A stretch of DNA of 64,000 nucleotides from a candidate division WOR-3 bacterium (lineage in GTDB: Bacteria; Hydrothermota; Tepidihabitantia; Tepidihabitantales; CAIPLT01): NCBI GenBank assembly GCA_039801505.1, contig JBDRUV010000005.1, positions 19,247 through 83,246 of the forward strand, given 5' to 3'. Made by a program: the position numbers and the translations under genes. Below are positions 30,610 through 40,553 of this stretch, piece by piece. The stretch's first letter is position 1; the number at the start of each line of letters is the position of its first letter. Under the pieces are notes generated by a model. The model ran no database searches and had not been told where the DNA came from. It saw nothing but the letters and a program-made list of their open reading frames with translations.

Positions 30610-31683
30610 ATGAAGTTATATGCAGTGATTTTAGCCGGGGGCAAAGGGGAACGATTTTGGCCAATGAGTCGGCGGTCGTTACCCAAGCAGTTTATTAAAC
30701 TTTTTGGAAGACATTCGCTAGTCGTGGAAACCTCGCGGCGCATTCGAAAATTAATACCGCTACATCGCCAGTATTATGTTTTGTCCAAAGAATTGGCCGA
30801 GATTTTGAAAAAGCAACTTCCAGTGACGGACAAGAATATTATCTACGAACCCTTAGGCAAAAATACAGCACCGGCTATTGGACTGGCCGCAATTTATTTA
30901 CAAAAAATCGATCCAACCGGCACAATGCTTGTGTTACCGGCCGACCATATCATCACGGAGCAAGAAAAATTTCTCCGATGTGTAAAATTTGCCTACGAGC
31001 TGGCTCAAAAAGACTTTCTTGTGACATTTGGCATACCACCAACGCAACCGGAAACCGGTTATGGTTATATAAATATCGCTCAGGAATTTCAAAAAAAGGA
31101 TGATCTAGTAAGTTACCAGGTTAAACGGTTTGTGGAAAAACCAGATCTTAGAACCGCGAAAGGGTATTTAAAATCCGGTAAGTACTTTTGGAATAGTGGT
31201 ATGTTCGTCTTTAAGATCCAGACGATTCTTGATGCCTATCAAACTTGTCTCAAGGATTTTTACCAGGACTTGCGTGACTTTCAAAAACACTTGGGCACTA
31301 AGCGCGAATGGCAAGCCCTAATCGATCTGTATGAGCACGCTCCGAGCACCTCAATTGACTATGGTGTGTTAGAAAAAGTCTCAAACATAATAATGGTTAA
31401 GGCCAATTTTACTTGGGATGATGTTGGTTCATGGTTGGCACTGGAAAGACATTTTCCCAAGGATAAAGGAGCTAATGTAATATTAGGTGATGTTATTAAC
31501 GCTGCCACAGTAAATTCTATAATTGTAAATGACCAGGGGTTAATTGCTACTATGGGAGTTCAAGACTTAATAATTGTAAAGACCCATGATGTAGTTTTAG
31601 TTATGAATAAACGAGAAGCTCCCAAGCTTAAAGAACTAATCGCCGAAATCAGCCGAAATCCTGAGTTTTTAAAATATCTATGA
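30610..31683 (+). CDS. Mannose-1-phosphate guanylyltransferase (GDP-mannose pyrophosphorylase)
   Basis: N-terminal nucleotidyltransferase motif (VILAGGKGERFWP) and a GMPP-like C-terminal region, about 357 aa. Confidence 0.8.
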   Translation: MKLYAVILAGGKGERFWPMSRRSLPKQFIKLFGRHSLVVETSRRIRKLIPLHRQYYVLSKELAEILKKQLPVTDKNIIYEPLGKNTAPAIGLAAIYLQKIDPTGTMLVLPADHIITEQEKFLRCVKFAYELAQKDFLVTFGIPPTQPETGYGYINIAQEFQKKDDLVSYQVKRFVEKPDLRTAKGYLKSGKYFWNSGMFVFKIQTILDAYQTCLKDFYQDLRDFQKHLGTKREWQALIDLYEHAPSTSIDYGVLEKVSNIIMVKANFTWDDVGSWLALERHFPKDKGANVILGDVINAATVNSIIVNDQGLIATMGVQDLIIVKTHDVVLVMNKREAPKLKELIAEISRNPEFLKYL

Positions 31684-32300
31684 AAAGACTGATTTTAGCT
31701 ACCCAAAATGTTCACAAGGTCCGAGAGATAAAAGAAATTTTAAAAAATTTAGATTGGGAGCTAATACCGCTCTCGGAACTGCTGCCAAATTTTGATATCA
31801 TTGAAGACGGTCAAAGTTATGAGGAAAATGCTACAAAGAAAGCTGAAAGTGTTGCCCGTTATTTTAACCAAATAGCCCTAGCCGAGGATAGCGGACTTGA
31901 GGTCGATGCCTTAGCCGGGGCTCCGGGAATATTTTCAGCCCGATTTGCTGGAGAACCAGTTAACTACGAAAATAATATAAAAAAGCTTTTAGAACTATTA
32001 AAAGAAGCGCCCGACGAGAAAAGAACAGCCCGTTTTCGATGCGTCTGCGCGGTGGCTATTCCGATGAAGTCTACTTTCCAAGTCGAGCTTTTTGAAGGAA
32101 TTTGTGAAGGACAGATTGCACTTAGAGCTCGAGGCAATCAGGGTTTTGGATATGACCCGGTATTTATTCCCCAAGGATATCACAAGACATTTGCCGAACT
32201 TGATCCCGCAGAGAAAAACCAGATAAGCCACCGGGCGCGAGCTCTAAGACAGGTCGAAATTTTTTTAAGAAAATTAAAGACTGCCGAAGGAGGGAATTGA
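31680..32300 (+). CDS. rdgB: Non-canonical purine NTP pyrophosphatase (dITP/XTP pyrophosphatase, Ham1/RdgB)
   Basis: LILATQNVHKVREIKEIL N-terminus and FGYDPVFIP motif, 206 aa. The last 19 nt overlap tRNA-Leu on the opposite strand. Confidence 0.85.
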   Translation: MKRLILATQNVHKVREIKEILKNLDWELIPLSELLPNFDIIEDGQSYEENATKKAESVARYFNQIALAEDSGLEVDALAGAPGIFSARFAGEPVNYENNIKKLLELLKEAPDEKRTARFRCVCAVAIPMKSTFQVELFEGICEGQIALRARGNQGFGYDPVFIPQGYHKTFAELDPAEKNQISHRARALRQVEIFLRKLKTAEGGN

Positions 32301-32365
32301 ACCCTCACGCCCTTGCGGGCAGCGGATTTTGAGTCCGCTACGTCTCCCAGTTCCGTCACTTCGGC
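32282..32365 (-). tRNA. tRNA-Leu (anticodon CAA)
   Basis: The reverse complement GCCGAAGTGACGGAACTGGGAGACGTAGCGGACTCAAAATCCGCTGCCCGCAAGGGCGTGAGGGTTCAATTCCCTCCTTCGGCA has a long variable arm and anticodon loop CTCAAAA. Confidence 0.85.
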
Positions 32366-32456
32366 TCAATATTCTTGTATTTAGCATACCAATAATAATG
32401 AAAATGTCAATATTTTTATATGTTGACTTTATGCGATTTTTTGATAGGCTGTTATT

Positions 32457-33881
32457 ATGAGAATTTTTTTTAACTTAATAATCCTCAGTGGATTAATTTT
32501 ATTAACTAATGTCGCATGTAGACATCAGCGTCCCAATTCTTTTAACCCAACTAATTTTGAAGAACAATGGCGAGCAATCTATTTACAAGACAAAAGAGTT
32601 GGTTACTATTATATGAAAATTATCCCCAATAAGGCTGGCTATCAAATTTCTGAGCGGGTGCGAATGACTCTGGTTACTATGGGGAAGCCTCAGACAATTC
32701 TTTCTGATTTTACCGGCCAGACCGATTCGAGTTATGCCCTTAAAAAATTTAATTATTCCTTTAAATCTCAGGACCAGAATTTTGTTCTTACTGGCAGGAT
32801 TACAAATGGTAAAGTAATATTAAAAACTCAGGACTCCAAAAATCCACCGAAAGAAATCCCAATTGCCCATGATGAAATCTATTGTAATACCCTACTTGGG
32901 CGGTTAATTGCCAAGAAAAAATTCAGTTTGCCACCAAATTTTACAGTAAAAATCTTCGAACCCTTAATGGCAACAGTTGTGAATGTTGAACTTAATGTTT
33001 TAGGGAATGAAACAGTTATTATTAAAGATCAGCCCGAGGAGCTTATAAAAGTTTCCGCCAAGATGTTAGGACTTATAAGCTATTTGTGGCTTGATTCATT
33101 GGGACGGATTAAAAAGGAATGGTCGGCGCCCGAGATGATAAGTATTGAAACAATACCAGATGAGATTTTAACCCAAATCTCAGCAGCTGAGTTGTTAGAT
33201 ATTTTAGATGTATATGCAGTTTCCTCTGATACAATCATTAATAATCCTCGTGAGGTAAAATGGGTAAAAATTACTTTTAGTGATTTAGACACCTCAGACC
33301 TTAATCTAAAAGATGATTTTCAAAAAATAATCAGTTATAATCCTCTAACACTTGAAATTGTAAGTAAAGTAAAGATGAAAGATGTTCTATTTCCGATTAC
33401 TAATTATTCAGAATATTTAGCGGCGTCATTTTATGTACAAAGTGAGCACCCTGAGATAATTGAGAGAGCTCGTAAAATTATTGGTCCAGAAAAATCGGCA
33501 ACTACCGCGGCAAAAAAACTTTTAACGTGGGTCTATAATAATATAAAAAAAGAACCTAGCGCTACTATACCTCAAGCACTTGAGGTGCTAAATAGTTTAC
33601 GCGGCGACTGTAACGAACATGCAGTGCTTTACTGTGCATTAGCCCGTGCTGTCGGAATACCGGCTGAAATATGTGTTGGGCTTGTGTATCTTGATGGTAA
33701 ATTTTATTATCACGCATGGAATAAAATATACCTTGGAGAATGGATTGCTGTCGATCCAACTTTCGGACAATTTCCGGCTGATGCATTGCACATTAAATTA
33801 AGTGAAGGCGACTTCTCCGAACAAAGTAAGGTTCTTAAGGTTATTGGTAAGGTAAAGCTTAAAATATCAGAGTATCGTTAA
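32457..33881 (+). CDS. Lipoprotein with C-terminal transglutaminase-like cysteine protease domain
   Basis: Signal peptide ending LTNVAC (lipobox-like) and a C-terminal Cys-His-Asp core (GDCNEHAVLY...YYHAWNKIY...AVDPT). 474 aa. Confidence 0.65.
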   Translation: MRIFFNLIILSGLILLTNVACRHQRPNSFNPTNFEEQWRAIYLQDKRVGYYYMKIIPNKAGYQISERVRMTLVTMGKPQTILSDFTGQTDSSYALKKFNYSFKSQDQNFVLTGRITNGKVILKTQDSKNPPKEIPIAHDEIYCNTLLGRLIAKKKFSLPPNFTVKIFEPLMATVVNVELNVLGNETVIIKDQPEELIKVSAKMLGLISYLWLDSLGRIKKEWSAPEMISIETIPDEILTQISAAELLDILDVYAVSSDTIINNPREVKWVKITFSDLDTSDLNLKDDFQKIISYNPLTLEIVSKVKMKDVLFPITNYSEYLAASFYVQSEHPEIIERARKIIGPEKSATTAAKKLLTWVYNNIKKEPSATIPQALEVLNSLRGDCNEHAVLYCALARAVGIPAEICVGLVYLDGKFYYHAWNKIYLGEWIAVDPTFGQFPADALHIKLSEGDFSEQSKVLKVIGKVKLKISEYR

Positions 33882-33885
33882 CAAG

Positions 33886-35880
33886 TTATCTATTTTCTTC
33901 TTCGGTTTTCACTTCTGCTTCAGGTTTAAGATACTTTTCGATGCGATAATTTTTTCTTATTTCACTAATAAATGTTTGATATCGTTCCTGATCCAGTCGC
34001 TGGCGCAATTTTCGTTGAATAATCGCCTTAACATCATCGAATTTTTTGACATAAGGTTCTTTAACTTCTTCTAATTTTAAGATTACAAATGTTGTATCAT
34101 TCTGTTTAATTGGCTTGCTAACCATTCCGGGTTTTAGCTTACTTAAGGCCGCCTCGATTTCTTTAGGTTTTGTTCCTGCCGTAAAAAATCCCATATCGCC
34201 CCCGGCATTTTTGCTTACAGCTCGAGAAAAAGTACGGGCTAAGGAGTCAAATGGGACCTTACCCGCAGTTGCTTCTTTATAAATTTCTTGAGCCAACGAT
34301 TCTGATGCGATAACAACCTCTCGAGCGCGGTACTGTTTAGGGACTTTATATTCTGAAATGTTCTTTTGGTATTCTTGTTGTAGATCTTCTTCGGTAATAA
34401 TGATTTTGGCTTCGACTTCGTTTTTTCTTATTAGGTTAACTAATGTCGCTCGTTTGGATTCTTCAACTTGCTGAAAAACATTATTTTTAAGCCAAAATTT
34501 AATCTTCTCAAGTTCCATGAGCCAGGTTTTTTCTAAAATTATTTGGTCTAGTATTCGCTTTTTGCCTTCAGGGGTTTCAAACTCTGACCGATAAAAGGGC
34601 GGGATTCGATTAAGATAGGTTGTTACTTCAGTTTGGGTGATTGGGATTTGATCAATATAAGCGACTGTATCTAAATTCTCACTAAAAGCATTATCGATTG
34701 TTTGGATTTTGTAAAGCTTTTTAAAATTATCTGTTTTTTCTTTAAATGTTTTTTCGATTTTTTCACTTCTTAGCCGATATTCAATCTCTGATGCTGCTTC
34801 TTTATAGGAACGGATAATTTGCGGGCGATGGTCTAAGACTTTTAATATTACATAACCACCCTTATCTTGGGAATAAATAGGTGTGCTAAGTAATTGAGGT
34901 TTCAATTTGAAAGCGACTTTTTCAATTTCCTGAGGATAAATACCTTTTCGAAAATATCCCAAATCACCGTAATTCTTTTTAGTGGGTGATATAGAATAAT
35001 TTAAAGCTATAGTATCGAAATATTCACCCGGTGCTGCCTGAAGAACTTGATATAGGCTATCGGCAAGATTTTTATCAGCAACAACAATTTCTTTGGCCCG
35101 AACTTCTTCTGGAATTATAAATTCAGTTTTCTTGTGTTTTCGATAATAGTTCTTCTTTTCTTTCTCAGTAATTTTTACTTTATTGATGATTTCTTGTTGA
35201 TACCAGTTCTGCAAAAGGGAATTTTTTCTAGTCTCAGCAATTTGATCTTTAAAGGCAGTTATTTGATGATAATTACGCCTTAGAGCCTCACAAAAAAGTA
35301 TTCGTTCGTTAATCATTTCATCAAGTAATTCGTTTTTCCGATCAAAGCTTTCATAGTTACCTGGCGCTAACGCCATACGGTCCTCGAATTCGATTCGGGT
35401 TATTGGATACTCATCAACTTTCGCTACAAGTTCTTGATAATTCTTTTTAAAACAGCGCTCAATAGCATCTAAGGCATCCTGGGCCCAAGGTGATTTGTGA
35501 TAACGAACTGCTACTTGCTCAAGCATCTGAGCTGCTTTTAGAAAATTCTCTTGTTTTTCATAGACTAATCCCAACCGATAATAAATGTCTGCCGGCGGAA
35601 TTCCTTTAGGTTGAGTGGCGAGTAAGATATTGTAGATACTTTCTGCTCTGAGGTAGTCGTTGAGTTTATCAAAGTATAGGTCGCCAAGCTCTAAAAGATA
35701 GTATGGCTTTTCGGTTGGAGGTGCATTTTCTAGAGCCTCAATAATTTTTTGTTCAGCTTGGTTAAAAGCACCTTGGATATATAAAAGTGCCAACTCGTCA
35801 ACAAGTGATTTTATGTTTGATTTAGCAAAAGCAAGGCTGGTTAAACATATAATAAGGAAAAAGAATTTAATATACCGCAT
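33886..35880 (-). CDS. SurA/PrsA-like periplasmic chaperone with two parvulin-type PPIase domains and an N-terminal TPR-like region
   Basis: Signal peptide and two parvulin domains (DLGYFRKGIYPQEIEKVAFKLK... and GDMGFFTAGTKPKEIEAALSKLK...). 664 aa. Confidence 0.75.
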   Translation of the reverse strand: MRYIKFFFLIICLTSLAFAKSNIKSLVDELALLYIQGAFNQAEQKIIEALENAPPTEKPYYLLELGDLYFDKLNDYLRAESIYNILLATQPKGIPPADIYYRLGLVYEKQENFLKAAQMLEQVAVRYHKSPWAQDALDAIERCFKKNYQELVAKVDEYPITRIEFEDRMALAPGNYESFDRKNELLDEMINERILFCEALRRNYHQITAFKDQIAETRKNSLLQNWYQQEIINKVKITEKEKKNYYRKHKKTEFIIPEEVRAKEIVVADKNLADSLYQVLQAAPGEYFDTIALNYSISPTKKNYGDLGYFRKGIYPQEIEKVAFKLKPQLLSTPIYSQDKGGYVILKVLDHRPQIIRSYKEAASEIEYRLRSEKIEKTFKEKTDNFKKLYKIQTIDNAFSENLDTVAYIDQIPITQTEVTTYLNRIPPFYRSEFETPEGKKRILDQIILEKTWLMELEKIKFWLKNNVFQQVEESKRATLVNLIRKNEVEAKIIITEEDLQQEYQKNISEYKVPKQYRAREVVIASESLAQEIYKEATAGKVPFDSLARTFSRAVSKNAGGDMGFFTAGTKPKEIEAALSKLKPGMVSKPIKQNDTTFVILKLEEVKEPYVKKFDDVKAIIQRKLRQRLDQERYQTFISEIRKNYRIEKYLKPEAEVKTEEENR

Positions 35881-35891
35881 AGCTCCTCCTT

Positions 35892-36458
35892 TTATGATAT
35901 AATTAATTTAGCAAGTTGCATTACCGCACCAGAAAGAATTGGAATAACTACATTGTCATTAACCTCGGTGGGTAATGCTTCAACAATAGTTGCGGTAATT
36001 GCGCCAATAAGAGATACTTTGAACGATAAATTTATTCCTGGTAATTTGGGAACAAAATACCCTAGTAAAACGCAACTTATAAGACAGGCCACAGTTCCCT
36101 CAAGAGTTTTCCGGAAGATTTTTTGCCGTCCGAAACTTAAACCGACCAATGCAGCTACAGTATCGCCAATTACTAAATACAGAATTGCCAACATGAAGAC
36201 CCCCCGATCTGGGAAAATCAAAATCGACACAAATGACGCCAAAAGCAGATAGGTGCCGCCTGTAAATGAATAGTGTTCTTTGCGACGGAGCATTTGTCCA
36301 AAGAGCAGTAAAAATGGCTTCTGAATTGCCTGAACATTTAGTCGCATATAGTCAATTAAAATAAAAATTACAGTGACAATTCCTAAGATTACAATTGAAT
36401 ATATTTTGGGTAAAATATAGTATAGTCCAGGAATTAAAAGCGCCACCAGATGGACCAA
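35892..36458 (-). CDS. CTP-transferase family integral membrane protein (CdsA / dolichol kinase / phytol kinase-like)
   Basis: 188 aa with multiple TM helices and the GDTVAALVGLSFGR signature typical of the CDS/dolichol kinase superfamily. Confidence 0.55.
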   Translation of the reverse strand: MVHLVALLIPGLYYILPKIYSIVILGIVTVIFILIDYMRLNVQAIQKPFLLLFGQMLRRKEHYSFTGGTYLLLASFVSILIFPDRGVFMLAILYLVIGDTVAALVGLSFGRQKIFRKTLEGTVACLISCVLLGYFVPKLPGINLSFKVSLIGAITATIVEALPTEVNDNVVIPILSGAVMQLAKLIIS

Positions 36459-36478
36459 TTTCCGAGAAACCTCGACCT

Positions 36479-37393
36479 TTAAAACGTGACACCTCCACTG
36501 AGTTTATGAATATTACCTAATTTGGCCTGGTTGAGTTGCGTGCCAAAGCCATAGTCGAAATAAAGCCGTTTATACTTAATACCGACCCCAAAAGTTGGCA
36601 CATAGTTCATCAGGCCGCCGCGCAAGATCCATAAGTTTTTATACTGATATTCCAGCCCGAAGTTGGTTTTTAATTGGCCATTTTCTATAACATATTCACA
36701 ATTCGCAGTCAAGAGAAGGTTTGAAGTTTGTGATGGAATTATATGCGAAAATCCCAAGGATATTTTCGGTATAATAAATTCGGTAGTTCTATTACTCCAA
36801 TAAATTGGTGCTATTGAAAGATTTTGGGCCTTTACGCCGACTAAGGTTAAATCACTTAAAACCAAACCAACCCCAAAATCAAAACCAGTACCTAACCCAT
36901 AGCCGATTCCTAGATAGCGATAGATAAATTTTAAATTGGTCCCCAGACTAATGAAATTATAAATTTTACGGGCATAATTAAGGTACAAAACCCAATCTGA
37001 TGCTGTGACCGTGCGCTCGACATATGGTTGGTTATCTGGGCCTGGAGGTAAGTTGGGGTTGGGCACATTGGTAATTTGAATGTCGGAAATCCAATTACTA
37101 AAAAGCCCGATGCCGTAATTAAAGTTTTTTTCCGGCTGGACAAAGCCAATAAAACTATTCTTGACAATGCCCTTTTCGTAAAACCGACCATAACTTAAAG
37201 ATAACTGGCGAGTCGAAATTAAGCTGGTTAAGCCGGGATTATAATAAATTGCTGTGGCATCGGTAGCTGAGCCGACTAGAGAGTTACCTAAGGCTAAGGC
37301 ACGAGCTGAAATCGGTAGTTCTTCAAAATCACCCAAATAAGCCGTAGCGCCAAGATAACTTCCGATTAGCATCAAGCCCAATAACCTGTTCAT
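36479..37393 (-). CDS. T9SS-associated outer-membrane beta-barrel of the PorP/SprF (PorV-related) family
   Basis: 304 aa with an N-terminal signal and the ARALALGNSLVGSATDATAIYYNPGL motif characteristic of PorP/SprF/PorV-type proteins. Start overlaps the stop of the upstream NHL-repeat gene by 4 nt. Confidence 0.55.
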   Translation of the reverse strand: MNRLLGLMLIGSYLGATAYLGDFEELPISARALALGNSLVGSATDATAIYYNPGLTSLISTRQLSLSYGRFYEKGIVKNSFIGFVQPEKNFNYGIGLFSNWISDIQITNVPNPNLPPGPDNQPYVERTVTASDWVLYLNYARKIYNFISLGTNLKFIYRYLGIGYGLGTGFDFGVGLVLSDLTLVGVKAQNLSIAPIYWSNRTTEFIIPKISLGFSHIIPSQTSNLLLTANCEYVIENGQLKTNFGLEYQYKNLWILRGGLMNYVPTFGVGIKYKRLYFDYGFGTQLNQAKLGNIHKLSGGVTF

Positions 37394-38676
37394 ACTTTTT
37401 TAATTTTGGTGCTTAACTCTTTTTTAAAATATCGGCGCTGAGCCGGATAAGTCGGAAGTAAGGTCACATTAATAGTGTATTCACCACGAGGAATAAACTG
37501 TCCTGAGTTATCACGACCATCCCAGGCAATTAGTGCTTCGCCCGGTGGCAGATAATTGTCAATTATGAGATTACGCACCAGATTACCTTGGGCGTCTGTG
37601 ATATTGATTTGGACTTCAGATAGATCGGTAAGATATAAGGCAATAGTGGTCTGGGTTTTGATTGAGTCCAGTTTATTCGGAAAACAGCCAATAATAAAAC
37701 CATCAGTAGAAAGCCAATAATAAGCCCCACCGCTGTTATCAGCAATAAAAACTTGACCAAATCGTTTCCAGATAAAAATTCCCCTTGGTTCGCTAAATGT
37801 TACCTTATCGGCACTTGCGCCACCGACAGAAATAATATAAGCCAAGTTTCGGTCAAATTTATGGACTTCATGGTTAATTAGATCTGTGACATAAATATTT
37901 GCATACCGATCAATTGCGCAATACATAAACTGAGCTTCAAGAAGTCCGATCGCTCTAGCATCAGTCATGGCTAACAGCTGGCCACTACGGGACAGTTTCA
38001 GAATGCGCTTATGGCCTTGGTCAATCACGACAATAAAATCTTCTTTCCAATAGTTATAGGGATCATCCTTATCAATAATCGCGATTGCGGTCGGCTCTTG
38101 AAATTCTCGGCGCCATTCATACAGATAATTGCCTAACGAATCATATACCACAATTCGGGAATTTTTTGAGTCTACCACATACAGGTTATTATTATAATCT
38201 AATGCCACATCAGTCGGTTGATTAAACGAATCGTAAATTACCCCGAGATATCTCAGCTCGCGGTTGGTGTATTTTAGCTTGACTATCCGATTATTACCAC
38301 AATCAGCAACATAAACATCGCCTCGGGGATTAGTGGTAATACCCATCGGCTGATAAAACTCGCCGGCTTTATTTCCCAGCTTACCATAGACTTTAAGATT
38401 AGTCAGGCCCACATTATAAAGAATTTGACCAGTGCCGGAATTGACGGCAAAAAGTGTCAGGATATGGTCATCGGTTGAGGTATTAGGGTTATCCTCTTCA
38501 ATCATTTTAGCGCCCGTAATGCCCTGGGGGTTACTTAAGCTAAACTGATCACCCAAATAAAGTTCGATATAAAACCTTGATGCCCGATAAAATCCCAAAG
38601 TATGGGCAAACGGCGGCACAACAATCGTAGAACTTATCTCGGCAATTATCATACATGTTATCAGATGGCTAAGCAT
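37390..38676 (-). CDS. NHL-repeat beta-propeller protein with C-terminal FlgD-Ig-like / T9SS-type sorting domain
   Basis: NHL repeats (YVADCGNNRIVKL, YVVDSKNSRIVVYD) and a C-terminal EVQINITDAQGNLVRNLIIDNYLPPGEALIAWDGRDNSGQFIPRGEYTINV matching FlgD Ig-like / Por_Secre_tail clan domains. Confidence 0.6.
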   Translation of the reverse strand: MLSHLITCMIIAEISSTIVVPPFAHTLGFYRASRFYIELYLGDQFSLSNPQGITGAKMIEEDNPNTSTDDHILTLFAVNSGTGQILYNVGLTNLKVYGKLGNKAGEFYQPMGITTNPRGDVYVADCGNNRIVKLKYTNRELRYLGVIYDSFNQPTDVALDYNNNLYVVDSKNSRIVVYDSLGNYLYEWRREFQEPTAIAIIDKDDPYNYWKEDFIVVIDQGHKRILKLSRSGQLLAMTDARAIGLLEAQFMYCAIDRYANIYVTDLINHEVHKFDRNLAYIISVGGASADKVTFSEPRGIFIWKRFGQVFIADNSGGAYYWLSTDGFIIGCFPNKLDSIKTQTTIALYLTDLSEVQINITDAQGNLVRNLIIDNYLPPGEALIAWDGRDNSGQFIPRGEYTINVTLLPTYPAQRRYFKKELSTKIKKV

Positions 38677-38745
38677 GTAATAAATATAATAATAATCACA
38701 ATTACTATGAGTGTCAAGTTTAATTGCTTAAAAACTCGTCCGCTT

Positions 38746-38774
38746 CCCCCTACGGTCCCGGGACGGTCCGGGGG
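38746..38774. repeat. GC-rich palindromic intergenic element, copy B (CCCCCTACGGTCCCGGGACGGTCCGGGGG)
   Basis: Two inverted ACGGTCC units within a CCCCC/GGGGG closing stem. Confidence 0.55.
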
Positions 38775-39031
38775 TTAGCCGGTTGGTCAAGCAGATAGCA
38801 GTCAGCCTAAGCCTGTGCTGATTAGAAAAGCACCAACTGCCGATACTGGATGCAGGGTGGTTTAGGTCAAATAGTTTAGATCTTCTAACTAGTTTATTTC
38901 AGGCAATTCCCACACATTAGGTAGTAAACTGTTTATTGCCACCAGTAAATTTTATTTACTTCTCGTGAAGAGTATAACTACCCGAAGCTGAGCGGTAATA
39001 AAGTTTGTTATTAGCCGGTTGAAAATAACTA

Positions 39032-39059
39032 TTTACATATTTGATAAAATCTTTATAAT
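39032..39059 (+). promoter_or_regulatory. sigma70-type promoter TTTACA-N16-TATAAT, 13 nt upstream of the cobO ATG (near-leaderless)
   Basis: TTTACA at 39032-39037 and TATAAT at 39054-39059. The ATG is at 39073. No Shine-Dalgarno site. Confidence 0.45.
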
Positions 39060-39072
39060 ATAGCAAAGTATT

Positions 39073-39582
39073 ATGGTTCAGGTCTATACCGGTGATGGCA
39101 AAGGCAAAACAACTGCAGCGATTGGCCAAGCGATTCGGGCATTAGGTCATGGTCATAAAGTACTGATGATTCAATTTATGAAAGGCGACCCCAGTTATGG
39201 TGAGGTCAAATTTCTTAAAAAACTGAAGAATTTCAAGCTGGTGCAATCCGGTCTGCCAACCTTTGTAAAAAAAGGTCAGCCCACCGAAGCGGATCTAAAA
39301 ATGGCTGAGGCTGGACTGAAATTGGCTGAGAAATTTATTGCCACCAACAAGTATCAAATGATCATCCTCGATGAGATTAATATTGCCATTGATTACGGCT
39401 TAGTTGATTTGGCTCGGGTGCTTGAGTTGATCAAAAAATGTCCAGCTAATACTGAGCTAGTGCTGACCGGTCGTTATGCGCCCCAAGAGCTTATCGAGCT
39501 TGCCGATTTAGTCAGCGAAGTCAAAGAAATTAAACATCCGTATCAAAAAGGTATTGTCAGCCGTAAGGGAATCGATTATTAA
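39073..39582 (+). CDS. cobO: Cob(I)yrinic acid a,c-diamide / cob(I)alamin adenosyltransferase
   Basis: MVQVYTGDGKGKTTAAIGQAIRALGHG P-loop typical of CobA/CobO/BtuR. 169 aa. Confidence 0.85.
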   Translation: MVQVYTGDGKGKTTAAIGQAIRALGHGHKVLMIQFMKGDPSYGEVKFLKKLKNFKLVQSGLPTFVKKGQPTEADLKMAEAGLKLAEKFIATNKYQMIILDEINIAIDYGLVDLARVLELIKKCPANTELVLTGRYAPQELIELADLVSEVKEIKHPYQKGIVSRKGIDY

Positions 39583-40539
39583 ATGGCCAGGCGTAGTGTT
39601 ACAGAGTTAATAAGAGATTTTAAGCGAAAAGATATCCGGGCATTAAGCGAGTTAATGACGATTATTGAGAATCAAGAAGAGGACAGTTATAGAATTCTTT
39701 CCGAGCTATACCCTAAAACTCCCCATGCCTGGCGAATTGGGATTACCGGACCACCGGGGGCTGGTAAGAGCACTTTAGTTGAGAAATTAGCCCGGCAATT
39801 TGTGAATAATAATTATACCGTGGGCATTATCTGCGTGGATCCGACATCGCCATTTACTGGTGGCGCGATTTTGGGCGACCGAATCCGAATGACATCCTTG
39901 TTTTTAGAGCCGAAGGTTTTTATTCGCAGTATGGCAACCCGCGGTAGTTTAGGCGGTGTAGCTAAAAGCACCAAGGCACTATGCGACCTACTTGATGCTT
40001 TTAAGAAAGATATTATAATAATTGAGACGATCGGTGTTGGCCAGGTCGAACTTGATATTGCGGATATTGCCTATACGACGATAGTTGTGTTAGTACCAGA
40101 AGCCGGTGATGAAGTCCAAACGCTTAAAGCTGGACTCATGGAGATTGCCGATGTCTTTGTGGTTAATAAGGCCGACCGGGCTGGTGCTGATAAACTTATT
40201 AAAGAAATTAATGCCGTCCTTGAGATGCAAAATCTCGTACGTCGGCCCAAGGTGATTAGGACAATTGCCACCGAAGGCACGGGAATTCCTGAGCTCTATC
40301 AAGAAATTTTAGCTCATCGGAAATATTTAGAAGAGACTGGAACATTTGCTCATAAACATCGCGAACGAATTAGAGCCGAAATTAAAGAACTAGTAATAAA
40401 ATATCTCAGTGAGAAAATCTGGCAGGATAAACGGATCAAAGAAACATTTGACCAGGCAATTGAAAAGGTGCTAATGGGCCAAGAAACACCGTATGAGGTA
40501 AGTGCAAGGATAATAAAATTATATAATAATAAAAAGTAA
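39583..40539 (+). CDS. meaB: Methylmalonyl-CoA mutase-associated GTPase (ArgK/MeaB)
   Basis: [14 protein letters not shown]-loop and a VVNKADR NKxD motif. 318 aa. Confidence 0.85.
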   Translation: MARRSVTELIRDFKRKDIRALSELMTIIENQEEDSYRILSELYPKTPHAWRIGITGPPGAGKSTLVEKLARQFVNNNYTVGIICVDPTSPFTGGAILGDRIRMTSLFLEPKVFIRSMATRGSLGGVAKSTKALCDLLDAFKKDIIIIETIGVGQVELDIADIAYTTIVVLVPEAGDEVQTLKAGLMEIADVFVVNKADRAGADKLIKEINAVLEMQNLVRRPKVIRTIATEGTGIPELYQEILAHRKYLEETGTFAHKHRERIRAEIKELVIKYLSEKIWQDKRIKETFDQAIEKVLMGQETPYEVSARIIKLYNNKK

Positions 40540-40553
40540 TAAGGAGGGTAAAA

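Noticed and set aside
38677-39072. Expected a cobalamin riboswitch upstream of the cobO-meaB-mcm operon.
   Set aside because: No B12-box (GCCACTG) or GGTG...AATCC core is recognisable. A good TTTACA-N16-TATAAT promoter sits only 13 nt before the ATG, which leaves no leader to hold a riboswitch. The gap is better explained by the GC-rich repeat copy B.
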